Of a stretch of 64,000 bases of DNA, positions 31,308-44,706 are shown piece after piece. Source of the DNA: an uncultured Candidatus Binatia bacterium (GTDB lineage Bacteria > Desulfobacterota > Binatia > UBA9968 > JAJDTQ01); contig OZ219754.1 of NCBI GenBank assembly GCA_964291295.2, forward strand, positions 32,001 through 96,000, in the 5' to 3' direction. Position numbers and translations under genes: made by a program. The first letter of the stretch is position 1. Each line of letters starts with the position of its first letter. The notes under the pieces were generated by a model. That model was not told the origin of the DNA, did not search any database, and saw only the letters and a program-made list of their open reading frames with translations.

Positions 31308-31828
31308 GTTCGACACCCGGCTACCTCATCGATTCCGACGTGCTGATCACGGCGAAGAACCGATACCATGCGTTTCCGATCTGTCCGGGGTTCCGGGACA
31401 GCGTCCTGCACGGCCATTCGCTCGGACACATCCACAGCATGGATCGAGTCAGACAGGAGTTGCTCCTCGGCCACAGTGACGATGACCTGGTGCAATGGAT
31501 TGGTCACTCCGTACCCGCAGGCTTCTTTCTCGGCAGCGACGTCGGCGAAGTCGCCGCCGCCTTCACGCGGCTCATGCTCTGGGTGCTGCGCCACGAGCAG
31601 TATTACGACGAAGCCAAGGCCAAGTTTGCCAGCGGTGCGGATGGCTGGCTGGTCGCTCACGGCATGACGAGCGGAAAGACCGTTGTCACCAACGAGCAGC
31701 CGCGCCCGGGGTCGCGCAACCAGATCAAGCTGCCCGATGTCCGTGATGCCTTCAACGTCGATTTCGAAGATACCTTCGCCGTGCTGCATACGCTCGGCGT
31801 CCAGTACCGCTTTTCACCAGACGGGTGA
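31304..31828 (+). CDS. DUF4411 family PIN-like protein
   Basis: YLIDSDVLI.AKNRY..CPGF, ADGWLVA, VVTNE, IKLPDV; ATGA overlap with the peptidase gene. Confidence 0.8.
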   Translation: MSSTPGYLIDSDVLITAKNRYHAFPICPGFRDSVLHGHSLGHIHSMDRVRQELLLGHSDDDLVQWIGHSVPAGFFLGSDVGEVAAAFTRLMLWVLRHEQYYDEAKAKFASGADGWLVAHGMTSGKTVVTNEQPRPGSRNQIKLPDVRDAFNVDFEDTFAVLHTLGVQYRFSPDG

Positions 31829-31831
31829 CCG

Positions 31832-34800
31832 ATGGCCACGCACACCGAGAGAGCCTTTGAAGCTGCCATCGAGGCCGGGCTGACCGGCGTTGGCGGCTAT
31901 GAGAAGCGGAGCCCGAGCGCCTTTGACGAAACGCTGGCCCTCTTTCCGGCCGACGTCACCGGTTTTCTGAAGGACAGCCAGCCGGCCAGGTGGCAGGCGC
32001 TGGAGGGGCTTCTCGGGCCAAGGACCGAGGCAACCGTGCTGGACAGCCTGTCCAAGGAACTGGAGATCAAGGGCACGTTGCGCGTTCTGCGCCACGGCTT
32101 CAAATGCTACGGCAAGAACTTCCGCATGGCCTGGTTCCGCCCCAATACCCGCATGAACCCCGAGGCGGCGGAGAACTACGCCAACAACCGGCTGACGATC
32201 ACGCGCCAGGTTGCCTTCACTTCAGCCATGAAAAGAGCCGACGACAAAAACCGCCGCTGCATCATCGACGTGACGCTTGCCGTCAACGGCATCCCCGTCG
32301 TGACCGCAGAACTCAAGAACCCGCTGACCGGACAGCGCGCCGCCGATGCCATTCGCCAGTACCAGGACGAGCGTGACGGGCGCGATCTGCTCTTCGCTTT
32401 CAGGCAGCGGGCGCTGGTCCACTTCGCCGTGGATCCGGACGAGGCGTGGATGACGACGCAGTTGAAGGGCAAGGAGACACTCTTTTTGCCCTTCAACCGG
32501 GGCCACCATCACGGAGCGGGCAATCCGCCGGTCGCGGGGAACTGGAGGACCCATTACTTGTGGGACGAAGTGCTGCAGGCCAACAGCCTGCTGGAAATCC
32601 TGCAACGCTTCATGCACCTCGAAGTGAAAGAAACGCAGATCAACACCGACAAGGGCGTGCGCACCGTGCGGACGGAGACGATGATCTTTCCGCGCTATCA
32701 CCAACTCGACGCGGTTCGCGGACTCGTGGCCCACGCCAAGGCCAACGGCGCGGGCCGCAACTACCTGATCCAGCATTCCGCCGGCTCCGGCAAGTCGAAC
32801 TCGATTGCCTGGCTGGCGCATCGGCTGTCCAGTCTCCATGACGAACACGACGAGAAGGTGTTCCACACCGTCATCGTCGTGACCGACCGGCGCGTACTCG
32901 ATCAGCAATTGCAGGATACGATCTACCAGTTCGAGCACAAGACCGGCGTGGTGGAGAAGATCGACGAGAACACCCGGCAGCTTGCCCGGGCGTTGTCCCA
33001 GGGTACGCCCATCGTCATCACCACGATCCAGAAATTTCCCTTCATTTCGCAGGCGCTCTCAACCCTTGAAAAGAAGGGCACCGGCGTGAAGATCGACACG
33101 GCGGGAAAGCGCTTCGCGGTCATCGTCGACGAGGCGCACTCGTCGCAGAGCGGAGAGACCGCCACCGCTCTCAAGGGCATGTTGAACAAGGAAGGGATCG
33201 AAGCGGCCGTTGCCGCGCAGCTTTCGGACGAAGAGGACGACGACCTCTCCGACGAAGCGAAAGCGGCGGTGCTGCGCGACGCACTGCGACGCTCCAAGCA
33301 GCCGAACCTCAGCTTCTTCGCCTTCACGGCCACGCCGAAATTCAAGACGATGGCCCTGTTCGACGAGCCCGGCCCGTCAGGTGCGTCACCCTTCCACGTG
33401 TACTCCATGCGGCAAGCCATCGAGGAAGGCTACGTCATGGACGTGCTCCAGAACTACACCACCTACAAACGCTTCTTTGGCCTGATCAAGCAGGTGGCGG
33501 ATGATCCGAACGTGCCGCGCAGGGAGGCCGCCGCGGCCCTTGCCCGCTACCTTGAGCTTCATCCCGTCAACATCGAGCAGGTCGTTTCCGTCATCGTCGA
33601 GCATTTTCGTCTCCATGTGAGGAGCGAACTCGGCGGTCGCGCCAAGGCGATGGTTGTAACCGGCTCCCGCATCGCCGCGGTGAAATACAAGCTCGCCTTC
33701 GACCGCTACATCAGGGAGCAGGGCTATACCGGCATCCGTTCCCTGGTGGCATTCTCGGGGACGGTGGAAGACCCGGACGACCCCGGATCGTCCTGGACCG
33801 AAGTCGCAATGAACGACGGTCTTTCCGAAAGCGAACTCCCCAAGGCCTTCGGGGGCCGCGACTACCAGGTTCTGCTGGTCGCCGAGAAGTATCAGACCGG
33901 ATTCGATCAGCCTTTGTTGCAGACGATGTATGTGGTGAAGCGGCTGGCGGGTGTTCAGGCGGTTCAGACCCTCTCGAGGCTCAACCGGACCGCGCCCGGC
34001 AAGTCGCGCACCTTCGTACTCGATTTCGCCAACGAGGAAGAGGATATCTACAAGGCGTTCAAACCCTACTACGAGACCACCCCTGCCGGTGACAACGCCG
34101 ATCCACACCGCCTGTCGGAGCTGCAGCACCGCCTGCTCGAGTGGGCGATCTTCACGCCCGCCGACGTGGCCGCTTTCGCCGCAGTATGGTATCGCGGCAA
34201 GCGCGACCCCTCGGCGAGCGATCATCGCGCGATGAACGCCGTTCTCGACACGGTGGTCGAGCGCTTCCGGGATCGCGGGGAGGAAGAGCGGGAGGCCTTT
34301 CGCGGCCAGTTGAAGGGCTATCGAAGTCTCTACGCCTTTCTCTCACAGATCATTCCGTATCAGGACAGCGAGCTTGAACGGCTCTACGCTTTCGTGCGGA
34401 ATCTGCTGGCGAAGCTGCCGCCGCCGGGGGATGGCCGGGCCTTCGTTCTCGACGATGAGGTGGCGCTGCGGTTCTTCCGGCTTCAGCAGGTGCAACAAGG
34501 CTCCATCCACCTTGCGTATGGCGAGGCCGATCCGCTGAAGGGTCCCACCGACCTCGGCACTGCGGGAATCAAGGACGAAGAGGTGGCGCTTTCAAGCCTG
34601 ATCGACCGCCTCAACGAGCGTTTCGGCACCGCCTTCACCGAGGCGGACCAATTGTTCTTCGACCAGGTACGAGCTTCGGCTGAACGCGACCCGAACATCG
34701 TGGAGGCCGCTCGGGCCAATAACCTTCCGAACTTCACCGCCTGGCTGGATCAGATTCTGAATGCACTGTTCGTCGCGCGAATGGAGGGCAATGACGAGAT

Positions 34801-34903
34801 ATTTTCGAGGGTGATGACGGATTCCGAGTTCCGTTCAGCCGCGCGGGAGCATTTGGCGGAGGAGATCTTCCGACGGGTTCGCGAGACGCCCGCCGTGGCA
34901 TGA
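31832..34903 (+). CDS. hsdR: Type I RM restriction subunit
   Basis: D..VNGIPVVTAELKN..Q..Y nuclease; QHSAGSGKS, DEAHSSQ, FTATPK, TGFDQP, QTLSRLNR. Confidence 0.95.
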   Translation: MATHTERAFEAAIEAGLTGVGGYEKRSPSAFDETLALFPADVTGFLKDSQPARWQALEGLLGPRTEATVLDSLSKELEIKGTLRVLRHGFKCYGKNFRMAWFRPNTRMNPEAAENYANNRLTITRQVAFTSAMKRADDKNRRCIIDVTLAVNGIPVVTAELKNPLTGQRAADAIRQYQDERDGRDLLFAFRQRALVHFAVDPDEAWMTTQLKGKETLFLPFNRGHHHGAGNPPVAGNWRTHYLWDEVLQANSLLEILQRFMHLEVKETQINTDKGVRTVRTETMIFPRYHQLDAVRGLVAHAKANGAGRNYLIQHSAGSGKSNSIAWLAHRLSSLHDEHDEKVFHTVIVVTDRRVLDQQLQDTIYQFEHKTGVVEKIDENTRQLARALSQGTPIVITTIQKFPFISQALSTLEKKGTGVKIDTAGKRFAVIVDEAHSSQSGETATALKGMLNKEGIEAAVAAQLSDEEDDDLSDEAKAAVLRDALRRSKQPNLSFFAFTATPKFKTMALFDEPGPSGASPFHVYSMRQAIEEGYVMDVLQNYTTYKRFFGLIKQVADDPNVPRREAAAALARYLELHPVNIEQVVSVIVEHFRLHVRSELGGRAKAMVVTGSRIAAVKYKLAFDRYIREQGYTGIRSLVAFSGTVEDPDDPGSSWTEVAMNDGLSESELPKAFGGRDYQVLLVAEKYQTGFDQPLLQTMYVVKRLAGVQAVQTLSRLNRTAPGKSRTFVLDFANEEEDIYKAFKPYYETTPAGDNADPHRLSELQHRLLEWAIFTPADVAAFAAVWYRGKRDPSASDHRAMNAVLDTVVERFRDRGEEEREAFRGQLKGYRSLYAFLSQIIPYQDSELERLYAFVRNLLAKLPPPGDGRAFVLDDEVALRFFRLQQVQQGSIHLAYGEADPLKGPTDLGTAGIKDEEVALSSLIDRLNERFGTAFTEADQLFFDQVRASAERDPNIVEAARANNLPNFTAWLDQILNALFVARMEGNDEIFSRVMTDSEFRSAAREHLAEEIFRRVRETPAVA

Positions 34904-34908
34904 CCACC

Positions 34909-34932
34909 GACCGGACAGTCGGATGTCCGGTC
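34909..34932 (+). terminator. Hairpin after hsdR
   Basis: GACCGGACA-gtcgga-TGTCCGGTC inverted repeat; no U-tract. Confidence 0.35.
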
Positions 34933-35234
34933 GCCTCCTGGATGTCCGATCGCCCCTTCTCCGGCATGAACCCGCGACGGCAGCGCAATCCTCGCTGGCG
35001 TGGTTCCCCTCAACGTGCCCGATTCACGGCAGCCTCGAACCAGCGCGGTGGAAGCGGGCACGATCCCACCAAGTGGGCCGGGCCAGGTGACGGTGCCGGT
35101 GAGGGCGGCGTTTCAAGCCAGCGGCCTGTCCGGGCCGAGGCCGCAGGCCCACGGCTCGGCACAGTCGTTGCGGCGGGCGACGCCGAAAGCGCCGTATCGG
35201 AGCCGAAACCCCGCCCCTGCCTCTCCGGGACGCC

Positions 35235-36389
35235 TCAGGCCGTGCCGAGGATCAGCGTGGCATGCATGGCCAGGCTGCCGCCGTGACCGCTGATGATGCC
35301 GACTCTGGCGTCCGGCACCTGGCGTTCGGGCTCGACTTCGTTGCCCCGGAGTTGTCGGGCGCCCTCGGTGAGGTGCAGCATTCCCTCCAGGTGGGCCTGG
35401 GACAGCAGGCCGCCGTGGGTGTTGAGCGGGATGTCGCCGCCGATGCCGATGCGGCCCTCCTTGACGAAGTCCTTGCCCTCGCCCTTCTCGCAGAAACCGT
35501 AGTCCTCGAGGGTGATCAGCGCCGTGATGGTGAAACAGTCGTAGAGTTCGGCGAAGTCCATGTCCCCGGGATCAAGTCCCGCCATGTCATAGGCCGTGCG
35601 CGAAGACCGGCGGCCGCCCAGGGTGGTCAGCGTGGGCGCGTCCAGCAGGCTGAAGTGGGGGTGGTGCTGGCCCATGCCGAGGATCACCACCGGCGGCTTG
35701 GGAAAGTCCTGCGCGCGCTCCAGACCGGTGACCAGCACGGCGCCGCCGCCGTCGGACTCCAGCGAGCAGTCGAGCAGGTGCAGCGGATCGACGATCATGC
35801 GGGACTGCTGGTGGTCCTCCACCGTGATCGGCTGCTTCATGGTGGCGTTGGCGTTCAGGGACGCATGCCGGCGGGTGGATACGGCGATCTCCGCCAGATC
35901 CTCGCTGCGGGTGCCGAACTCGTGCATGTGGCGCCGGGCCGCCAGGGCGTGGCCGGCAGCCGCGGCGAAGTGCCCCCAGGGGCGCTCCCAGTGCTCGTCC
36001 CCCCGGCGAATGGGAAACCCGGGGGTGGCGTCGCCGGTGGAGCGCTTGCGCGCGTGCACGCACAGCACCGTGCGGCACATGCCGGCGTCGATGGCCATGA
36101 CCGCGTGCTGCACCATGGCGATGGGCGTGGCGCCCCCCAGGGCCAGGTCCGTGGCATAGGCCGGCGTGATGCCCGCCATGTGCGCCAGCCGCACCGCGTA
36201 GCTCCGGTGCGCGTCGTTGAGCGGCTGGTTGGTGAGAAAGCCGTCCACCGCATCGCCGCGGATGCCCGCGTCGTTGAGACACTCCCGGATCGCCTCCAGA
36301 TGCAGCGAATGGGTGGTGGCGTCGGGACGCTTGCCCACCAAGGTCTCGCCCACGCCGACGATGGCGTATTTTCCCCCGAGATTGGCCAT
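35235..36389 (-). CDS. Thiolase family protein (SCP-x/lipid-transfer type)
   Basis: AIVGVGET, PLHLLDCSLESDGG, ELYDCFT, NTHGGLLS. Confidence 0.88.
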   Translation of the reverse strand: MANLGGKYAIVGVGETLVGKRPDATTHSLHLEAIRECLNDAGIRGDAVDGFLTNQPLNDAHRSYAVRLAHMAGITPAYATDLALGGATPIAMVQHAVMAIDAGMCRTVLCVHARKRSTGDATPGFPIRRGDEHWERPWGHFAAAAGHALAARRHMHEFGTRSEDLAEIAVSTRRHASLNANATMKQPITVEDHQQSRMIVDPLHLLDCSLESDGGGAVLVTGLERAQDFPKPPVVILGMGQHHPHFSLLDAPTLTTLGGRRSSRTAYDMAGLDPGDMDFAELYDCFTITALITLEDYGFCEKGEGKDFVKEGRIGIGGDIPLNTHGGLLSQAHLEGMLHLTEGARQLRGNEVEPERQVPDARVGIISGHGGSLAMHATLILGTA

Positions 36390-36691
36390 GGTTCCTCCCT
36401 GCCGGGGCCGCACTCCCCGGCTCCGAATCCGTAACAGCGAACGATCAACGGCGTCAAGACGCAAGCCGGGTTCCCGCCGGCGCGGGCCGGAGCTTGCCGC
36501 CGCGCCCCGGAGCTTTCTCCGTTTGCGAGACGGCTGAACACGCAACGTCAACAGCGGGCCGGTCGTTGCCGCCGCGTCCCGGAGCTTTCCCGTGGCCGCT
36601 CCCGCGCCGGCGGGAATGGCCTGTCCGATATCGGCAGCGCCCGCCGGGCGTGATTGCGGCCCCCGGGCCTTTCTGTTACCCGTGCCGGATC

Positions 36692-38134
36692 ATGCGTTAC
36701 GAACCGGTCATCGGACTGGAAGTGCATGCGCAGCTCCTGACCGAGTCCAAGATATTCTGCGGCTGCTCCACGCGCTTCGGCGAGACCCCCAACCGCAACA
36801 CCTGCCCGGTCTGCATGGGTTTTCCCGGGGTGCTCCCGGTGCTCAACCACAAGGTGGTGGAACACACCATCCGCACCGGGTTGGCCACCCACTGCACCAT
36901 CGCCCGGCGCAGCCGCTGGGCGCGCAAGAACTACTTCTATCCCGATCTGCCCAAGGGTTACCAGATAAGCCAGTACGAGTTGCCCCTGTGCACCGGCGGC
37001 CACCTGGACGTGAGCGTGGACGGCGCCCCCCGACGGGTGCGGCTCACGCGCATCCACATGGAGGAGGACGCCGGCAAGAGCATCCACCACGTGGGCGGCG
37101 ACCACAGCCTGGTGGACCTCAACCGGGCGGGGGTGCCGCTCATGGAGATCGTGAGCGAGCCCGACCTGCGCAGCCCGGGCGAGGCCGGCGACTATCTCCG
37201 CACCCTGCGGTCGGTCCTCGAATACCTTGAGGTGTGCGACGGCAACATGGAGGAAGGCAGCTTCCGTTGCGACGCCAACGTCTCGCTGCGGCCCGAGGGA
37301 GAGGACCGGCTGGGCGTCAAGGTGGAGATCAAGAACCTGAACTCGTTCAAGGCGGTCGAGCGGGCGCTGGCGTACGAGATCCGGCGCCAGGGACAGCTGC
37401 TGTCGGACCGCGGCGCGGTCCTGCAGGAGACACGTCTGTGGGATCCCGACGCCGAAGTCACCCGCTCCATGCGCTCCAAGGAGCAGGCCCACGACTACCG
37501 CTACTTCCCCGACCCGGACCTGCTGCCGCTGGAGATCGACGACGCCTGGGTCGGCGAACTCCGCACCACGCTGCCCGAACTGGCTCGGGAACGCCGCAAC
37601 CGTTTCATGGAGGAGTACGGCCTCCCCGCCAGCGACGCCGACATCCTTGTGCAGCGGCGCGACGCGGCCGACTACTTCGAGGCCGCGGTGCGGACCCACG
37701 CCAATCCCAAGGCCATCGCCAACTGGCTCATGGGCGACCTCTTCCGCGTCCTCAAGGAGCACCGGCTCGACGCCGCGCGGCGCATCGACAACTGGCCCGT
37801 GGCGGCCCGGGATCTGGCCCGGATGGTGCAACTCGTGGACCAGGGAATCATCAGCGGCAAGCTCGCCAAGACCGTCTTCACGGAAATGCTGGAGAGCGGC
37901 CGGGGCCCGGACGCGGTGGTGAGGGAGAAGGGGCTGGAGCAGGTGTCCGACACGGGCGCGCTCGAAGCCGCGGTGGACGAAGTGCTGTCGGCGTGCGCGG
38001 CGCAGGTGGCGGAGTACCGCGCCGGCAGGGAGAAGGTCTTCGGCTTCCTGGTGGGTCAGGTGATGAAGGCCACCCGCGGCAAGGCCAATCCGCCGATGGT
38101 CAACGAGATCCTTCGCCGCAGATTGCAGAGCTGA
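36692..38134 (+). CDS. gatB: Asp/Glu-tRNA amidotransferase subunit B
   Basis: VIGLEVHAQL, RKNYFYPDLPKGYQISQ, RCDANVS, DYRYFPDPDL, GKANP. Confidence 0.98.
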   Translation: MRYEPVIGLEVHAQLLTESKIFCGCSTRFGETPNRNTCPVCMGFPGVLPVLNHKVVEHTIRTGLATHCTIARRSRWARKNYFYPDLPKGYQISQYELPLCTGGHLDVSVDGAPRRVRLTRIHMEEDAGKSIHHVGGDHSLVDLNRAGVPLMEIVSEPDLRSPGEAGDYLRTLRSVLEYLEVCDGNMEEGSFRCDANVSLRPEGEDRLGVKVEIKNLNSFKAVERALAYEIRRQGQLLSDRGAVLQETRLWDPDAEVTRSMRSKEQAHDYRYFPDPDLLPLEIDDAWVGELRTTLPELARERRNRFMEEYGLPASDADILVQRRDAADYFEAAVRTHANPKAIANWLMGDLFRVLKEHRLDAARRIDNWPVAARDLARMVQLVDQGIISGKLAKTVFTEMLESGRGPDAVVREKGLEQVSDTGALEAAVDEVLSACAAQVAEYRAGREKVFGFLVGQVMKATRGKANPPMVNEILRRRLQS

Positions 38135-38174
38135 GGCCCGCGGCGGAACCCGGCGCCGCCCGCGGCCCGCCCCC

Positions 38175-38223
38175 TGCCGGAATCCCCCCGGCAGAATTCC
38201 CCTCGGCAGAATTCCCCCGGCAG
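38175..38223. repeat. ~15-bp degenerate tandem repeat (GCAGAATTCCCC(T)CG) x3
   Basis: gccggaatccccccg gcagaattcccctcg gcagaattcccccg gcag, between convergent gatB and argJ. Confidence 0.7.
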
Positions 38224-38267
38224 GGTTTCGCGTTGGCGGGACCAGGGAACGCCGGGGACCGCGCCCG

Positions 38268-39454
38268 TCAGGTGCGGTAGTCGGAGTTGATGCGGACGTA
38301 CTCGTGGCCCAGGTCGGAGGTCCACACCGATGTCCGGGCCGGCCCCATGCCCAGGCTGATGCGCACGGTGAAGGCCGGACGCTGCATGACCGCGGCGGCG
38401 GCCGCCTCCCGGGTGCCCACGGCCACCCCGCGGCGCACCACCCTGACACCACCCAGGGCGATGTCGAGAGTCTCTTCCACCACCGGCACGCCGGCATTGC
38501 CGATGGCCATCATGAACCGGCCGACATTGGGATCCTCGCCGAAGAAGGCGGTCTTGACGAGCTTGGAGTTGGCCACGGTGAACGCCACCCGGCGGGCCTC
38601 GGCCTCGGTCCGGGCACCGTCCACCCGGATCTCCACGACCTTGCGGGTGCCCTCGCCGTCGGCCACGATCTTGAGTGCCAGTTCCTTCATCACCCGCGTC
38701 ACCGCCCGCTCCAGCAATTCCTCGCCGTCGCCGCCGCGGACAATGCGCGGATTGCCGGCGATGCCGTTGGCCAGGCACAGGACCGTGTCATTGGTGCTGG
38801 TGTCGCCGTCCACGGTGATGGCGTGGAACGTGTCATGGGCGGCGCGGCGCAGCATGGGGCGGAGTGCGGCCGGTGCGATGGCGGCGTCGGTGAGAACGTA
38901 GCACAGCATGGTGGCCATGTGCGGGGCGATCATGCCGGCCCCCTTGGCGATGCCGGCGACGTGTACCGCACGGCCGCCGATACGGCACCCGGCCGCGGCG
39001 GTCTTGGGGCCGTTGTCCGTGGTCCGGATGGCCTCGGCGGCATCCTCAAGGCCGTCCGCCGACAGCACCGCGGCTGCGGCCGCGATGCCGCGCGCGATCT
39101 TGTCCATGGGCAGCGGGACGCCGATGATGCCGGTGGAGGAAGGCAGGATCCGCTGCGCGTCGATGGCCAGGTGTCGCGCCGCCTCGGCGCAGGTCGCCTC
39201 GGCGGCCCGCCGCCCGCCCGGGCCGGTGCAGGCGTTGGCATTGCCGCTGTTCACCACGACGGCCTGGATCCGCCCCCGGCGCACATGTTGCGCGCCCGTG
39301 GTCACGCTGGGGCTCTTGATGCGGTTCCTGGTGAACAGGGCGGCGGCGGCCGCCGGGCACTCGGAGACGATCAGCGCCAAGTCCTTGCGCCCGCTCTCCT
39401 TGATGCCGCAGGCCACGCCGGCGAAGCGGAACCCGGGGACGCCCCGCAGGGGCT

Positions 39455-39458
<4 letters not shown>
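38268..39458 (-). CDS. argJ: Bifunctional ornithine acetyltransferase/N-acetylglutamate synthase
   Basis: [46 protein letters not shown]; GTGA overlap with secA. Confidence 0.96.
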
Positions 39459-42934
<3,476 letters not shown>

Positions 42935-42950
42935 GGAATCAGGATAACGA

Positions 42951-44174
42951 CTACCGGGGGGAGTTGCAATTTTTCGGCCCGCCGCCGCCGTCCTGACGCG
43001 CCAGGATTCCCGCGCTGGCGGGAAGGATGCCGCCGGGGGAACCGCCCGCCGCGTCCCTGCCGGCGGCGGGGTCCGGCACGCGGGGCCGGCCCCGGGGCTC
43101 CGCCCCCGCCAACTGGTTCCCCAGCTCCTTGCCGCAACTCGGGAAGTGGCCGAACACCTGGTCCCAGACCTCGCGGGTTTCCATGCAGAGGTAGATGGGC
43201 ACCAGCGGGGCGGCCTCGCGAATCCACTGCCGCATCTTGCGGTACATGGCCACGCGCAGGGGCTGGAAGTAGCGCATCTTGCCGTCGGGGCACGCCACCT
43301 GCTCGCCGGACAGTATCCGGGTGGCAGGGAAGCGCTGGCGCATCATGCGCTTGAGCGAAGGGGTGGTGCGCAGCACGCCCATGCTGGTCCATGCCATGCG
43401 GCGATGGTCCAGGCGGGTGAAGAGCCGGTGCAACAGGTCGCGGTATTCCTCCTGCCAGCCGGGGTACTCCACCATGGGGTCGAAGTGGAAGCCCAGCCGG
43501 TAGCCGGCCTGCTGGCACCGCCAGGCGGCCTCCAGCCGTTCCTCCAGCGACGCGGTCAGGCCCTCGTCGGCGTCGATGACGGACTGGGGATTCATCGACC
43601 ACGAGACCACCACCCGTTCCCTGGGGTCGAGGCCGAGGAGTCCTTCGACGTGGTCGCTCTTGGTCTTGAGTTCCAGCAGCACGTTGGGTTGCTCGGCGAA
43701 GAACGGCACCGCGGCCTCGGCAAAGCCGATGAGGGGCTCCAGCGCCAGGCTGTCGGTGATCTCGCCGGTGCCGATGCGGAAGAGAGAGCCCCGGTGCCTG
43801 GCCAGCAGTTCACGGGTTTCCGCCAGGAGGTCGTCGAGGTTGCTGAAAACCTTGAGGGCCGGGTTCTCGGCGAGGTAGTCCTGCAGATAACAGTAGCTGC
43901 AGTCCATGGGACAGTTGCTGGCGAAGTTGATGATGTAGTAGTTGCAGCACACTTGGCCGTCGCTGCCCGGACATGCCTTGAGGAACCTGCCCCGGTGGCG
44001 CGCCAGGACCAGGTCACGCTTGCCCCGGGCAACCGGGGCGGTGCGGTCCGCCCGTTGCAGGTCCGGCACGGGGACGAACGGCACGTCGGGCAGGGCGGCC
44101 TTGAGGTTGTCGAAGATCACCGACCCCTCGGAACCGCTCTCGACGAGAACCCGTTCAGGCCGATACGTCCGCAT
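42951..44174 (-). CDS. Spore photoproduct lyase-like radical SAM protein
   Basis: [44 protein letters not shown]. Confidence 0.85.
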   Translation of the reverse strand: MRTYRPERVLVESGSEGSVIFDNLKAALPDVPFVPVPDLQRADRTAPVARGKRDLVLARHRGRFLKACPGSDGQVCCNYYIINFASNCPMDCSYCYLQDYLAENPALKVFSNLDDLLAETRELLARHRGSLFRIGTGEITDSLALEPLIGFAEAAVPFFAEQPNVLLELKTKSDHVEGLLGLDPRERVVVSWSMNPQSVIDADEGLTASLEERLEAAWRCQQAGYRLGFHFDPMVEYPGWQEEYRDLLHRLFTRLDHRRMAWTSMGVLRTTPSLKRMMRQRFPATRILSGEQVACPDGKMRYFQPLRVAMYRKMRQWIREAAPLVPIYLCMETREVWDQVFGHFPSCGKELGNQLAGAEPRGRPRVPDPAAGRDAAGGSPGGILPASAGILARQDGGGGPKNCNSPR

Positions 44175-44706
44175 CCTCTTTCCCGTCCAGGAGCGCGAAC
44201 ACCTCTCGCGCCGTATCGTTCCCGGCCAGCGCCTCCACCTCCCGGGCGAGCCGCGCGAGCGACTCCGCCGCGCCGGCCCGCAACTCCACCTTGAGGCCGC
44301 CCTCGAGTCCCGGCGCCACGGTGATGCGGATGCGCGGATCGAGCTTCAGGCTGCGGAGTCGGCTCCGGATCTCGTCCTCGACGCGGGTCAGGCGAGGGTA
44401 ACGCAGCCGCCTGAGGGCCTCCTTGGCGTGCTTGAGCTTTTCGTTGCGTCCGAGACGGCGGTCCGACAGGGTCGGCGCCAACTCCTTCCGGTCCACGACC
44501 GCGGCGATGGAGCAGCCGTCCCGCAGCGATATCTCGACGCACCAGTCAAGGAAATCGTTGAAATGGTTGCCTCCGAGCCGGAGGCCGCGGGCGAGCACCA
44601 GCAGCGCCCGCCTGTCCGCCTCGTCCAGCGCCAGCCAGCGCTCCACGGCCAAGGCGTGAATCCCCCGCTCCCGGCCGTAGCCTGCAATCTCTTCCGACAG
44701 TGTCAC
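44155..44706 (-). CDS. Hypothetical helical protein (resembles the C-terminal part of ParB-like proteins found beside SPL genes)
   Basis: LRRLRYPRL..LEGG motif; translationally coupled to both neighbours. Confidence 0.6.
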   Translation of the reverse strand: MTLSEEIAGYGRERGIHALAVERWLALDEADRRALLVLARGLRLGGNHFNDFLDWCVEISLRDGCSIAAVVDRKELAPTLSDRRLGRNEKLKHAKEALRRLRYPRLTRVEDEIRSRLRSLKLDPRIRITVAPGLEGGLKVELRAGAAESLARLAREVEALAGNDTAREVFALLDGKEDADVSA

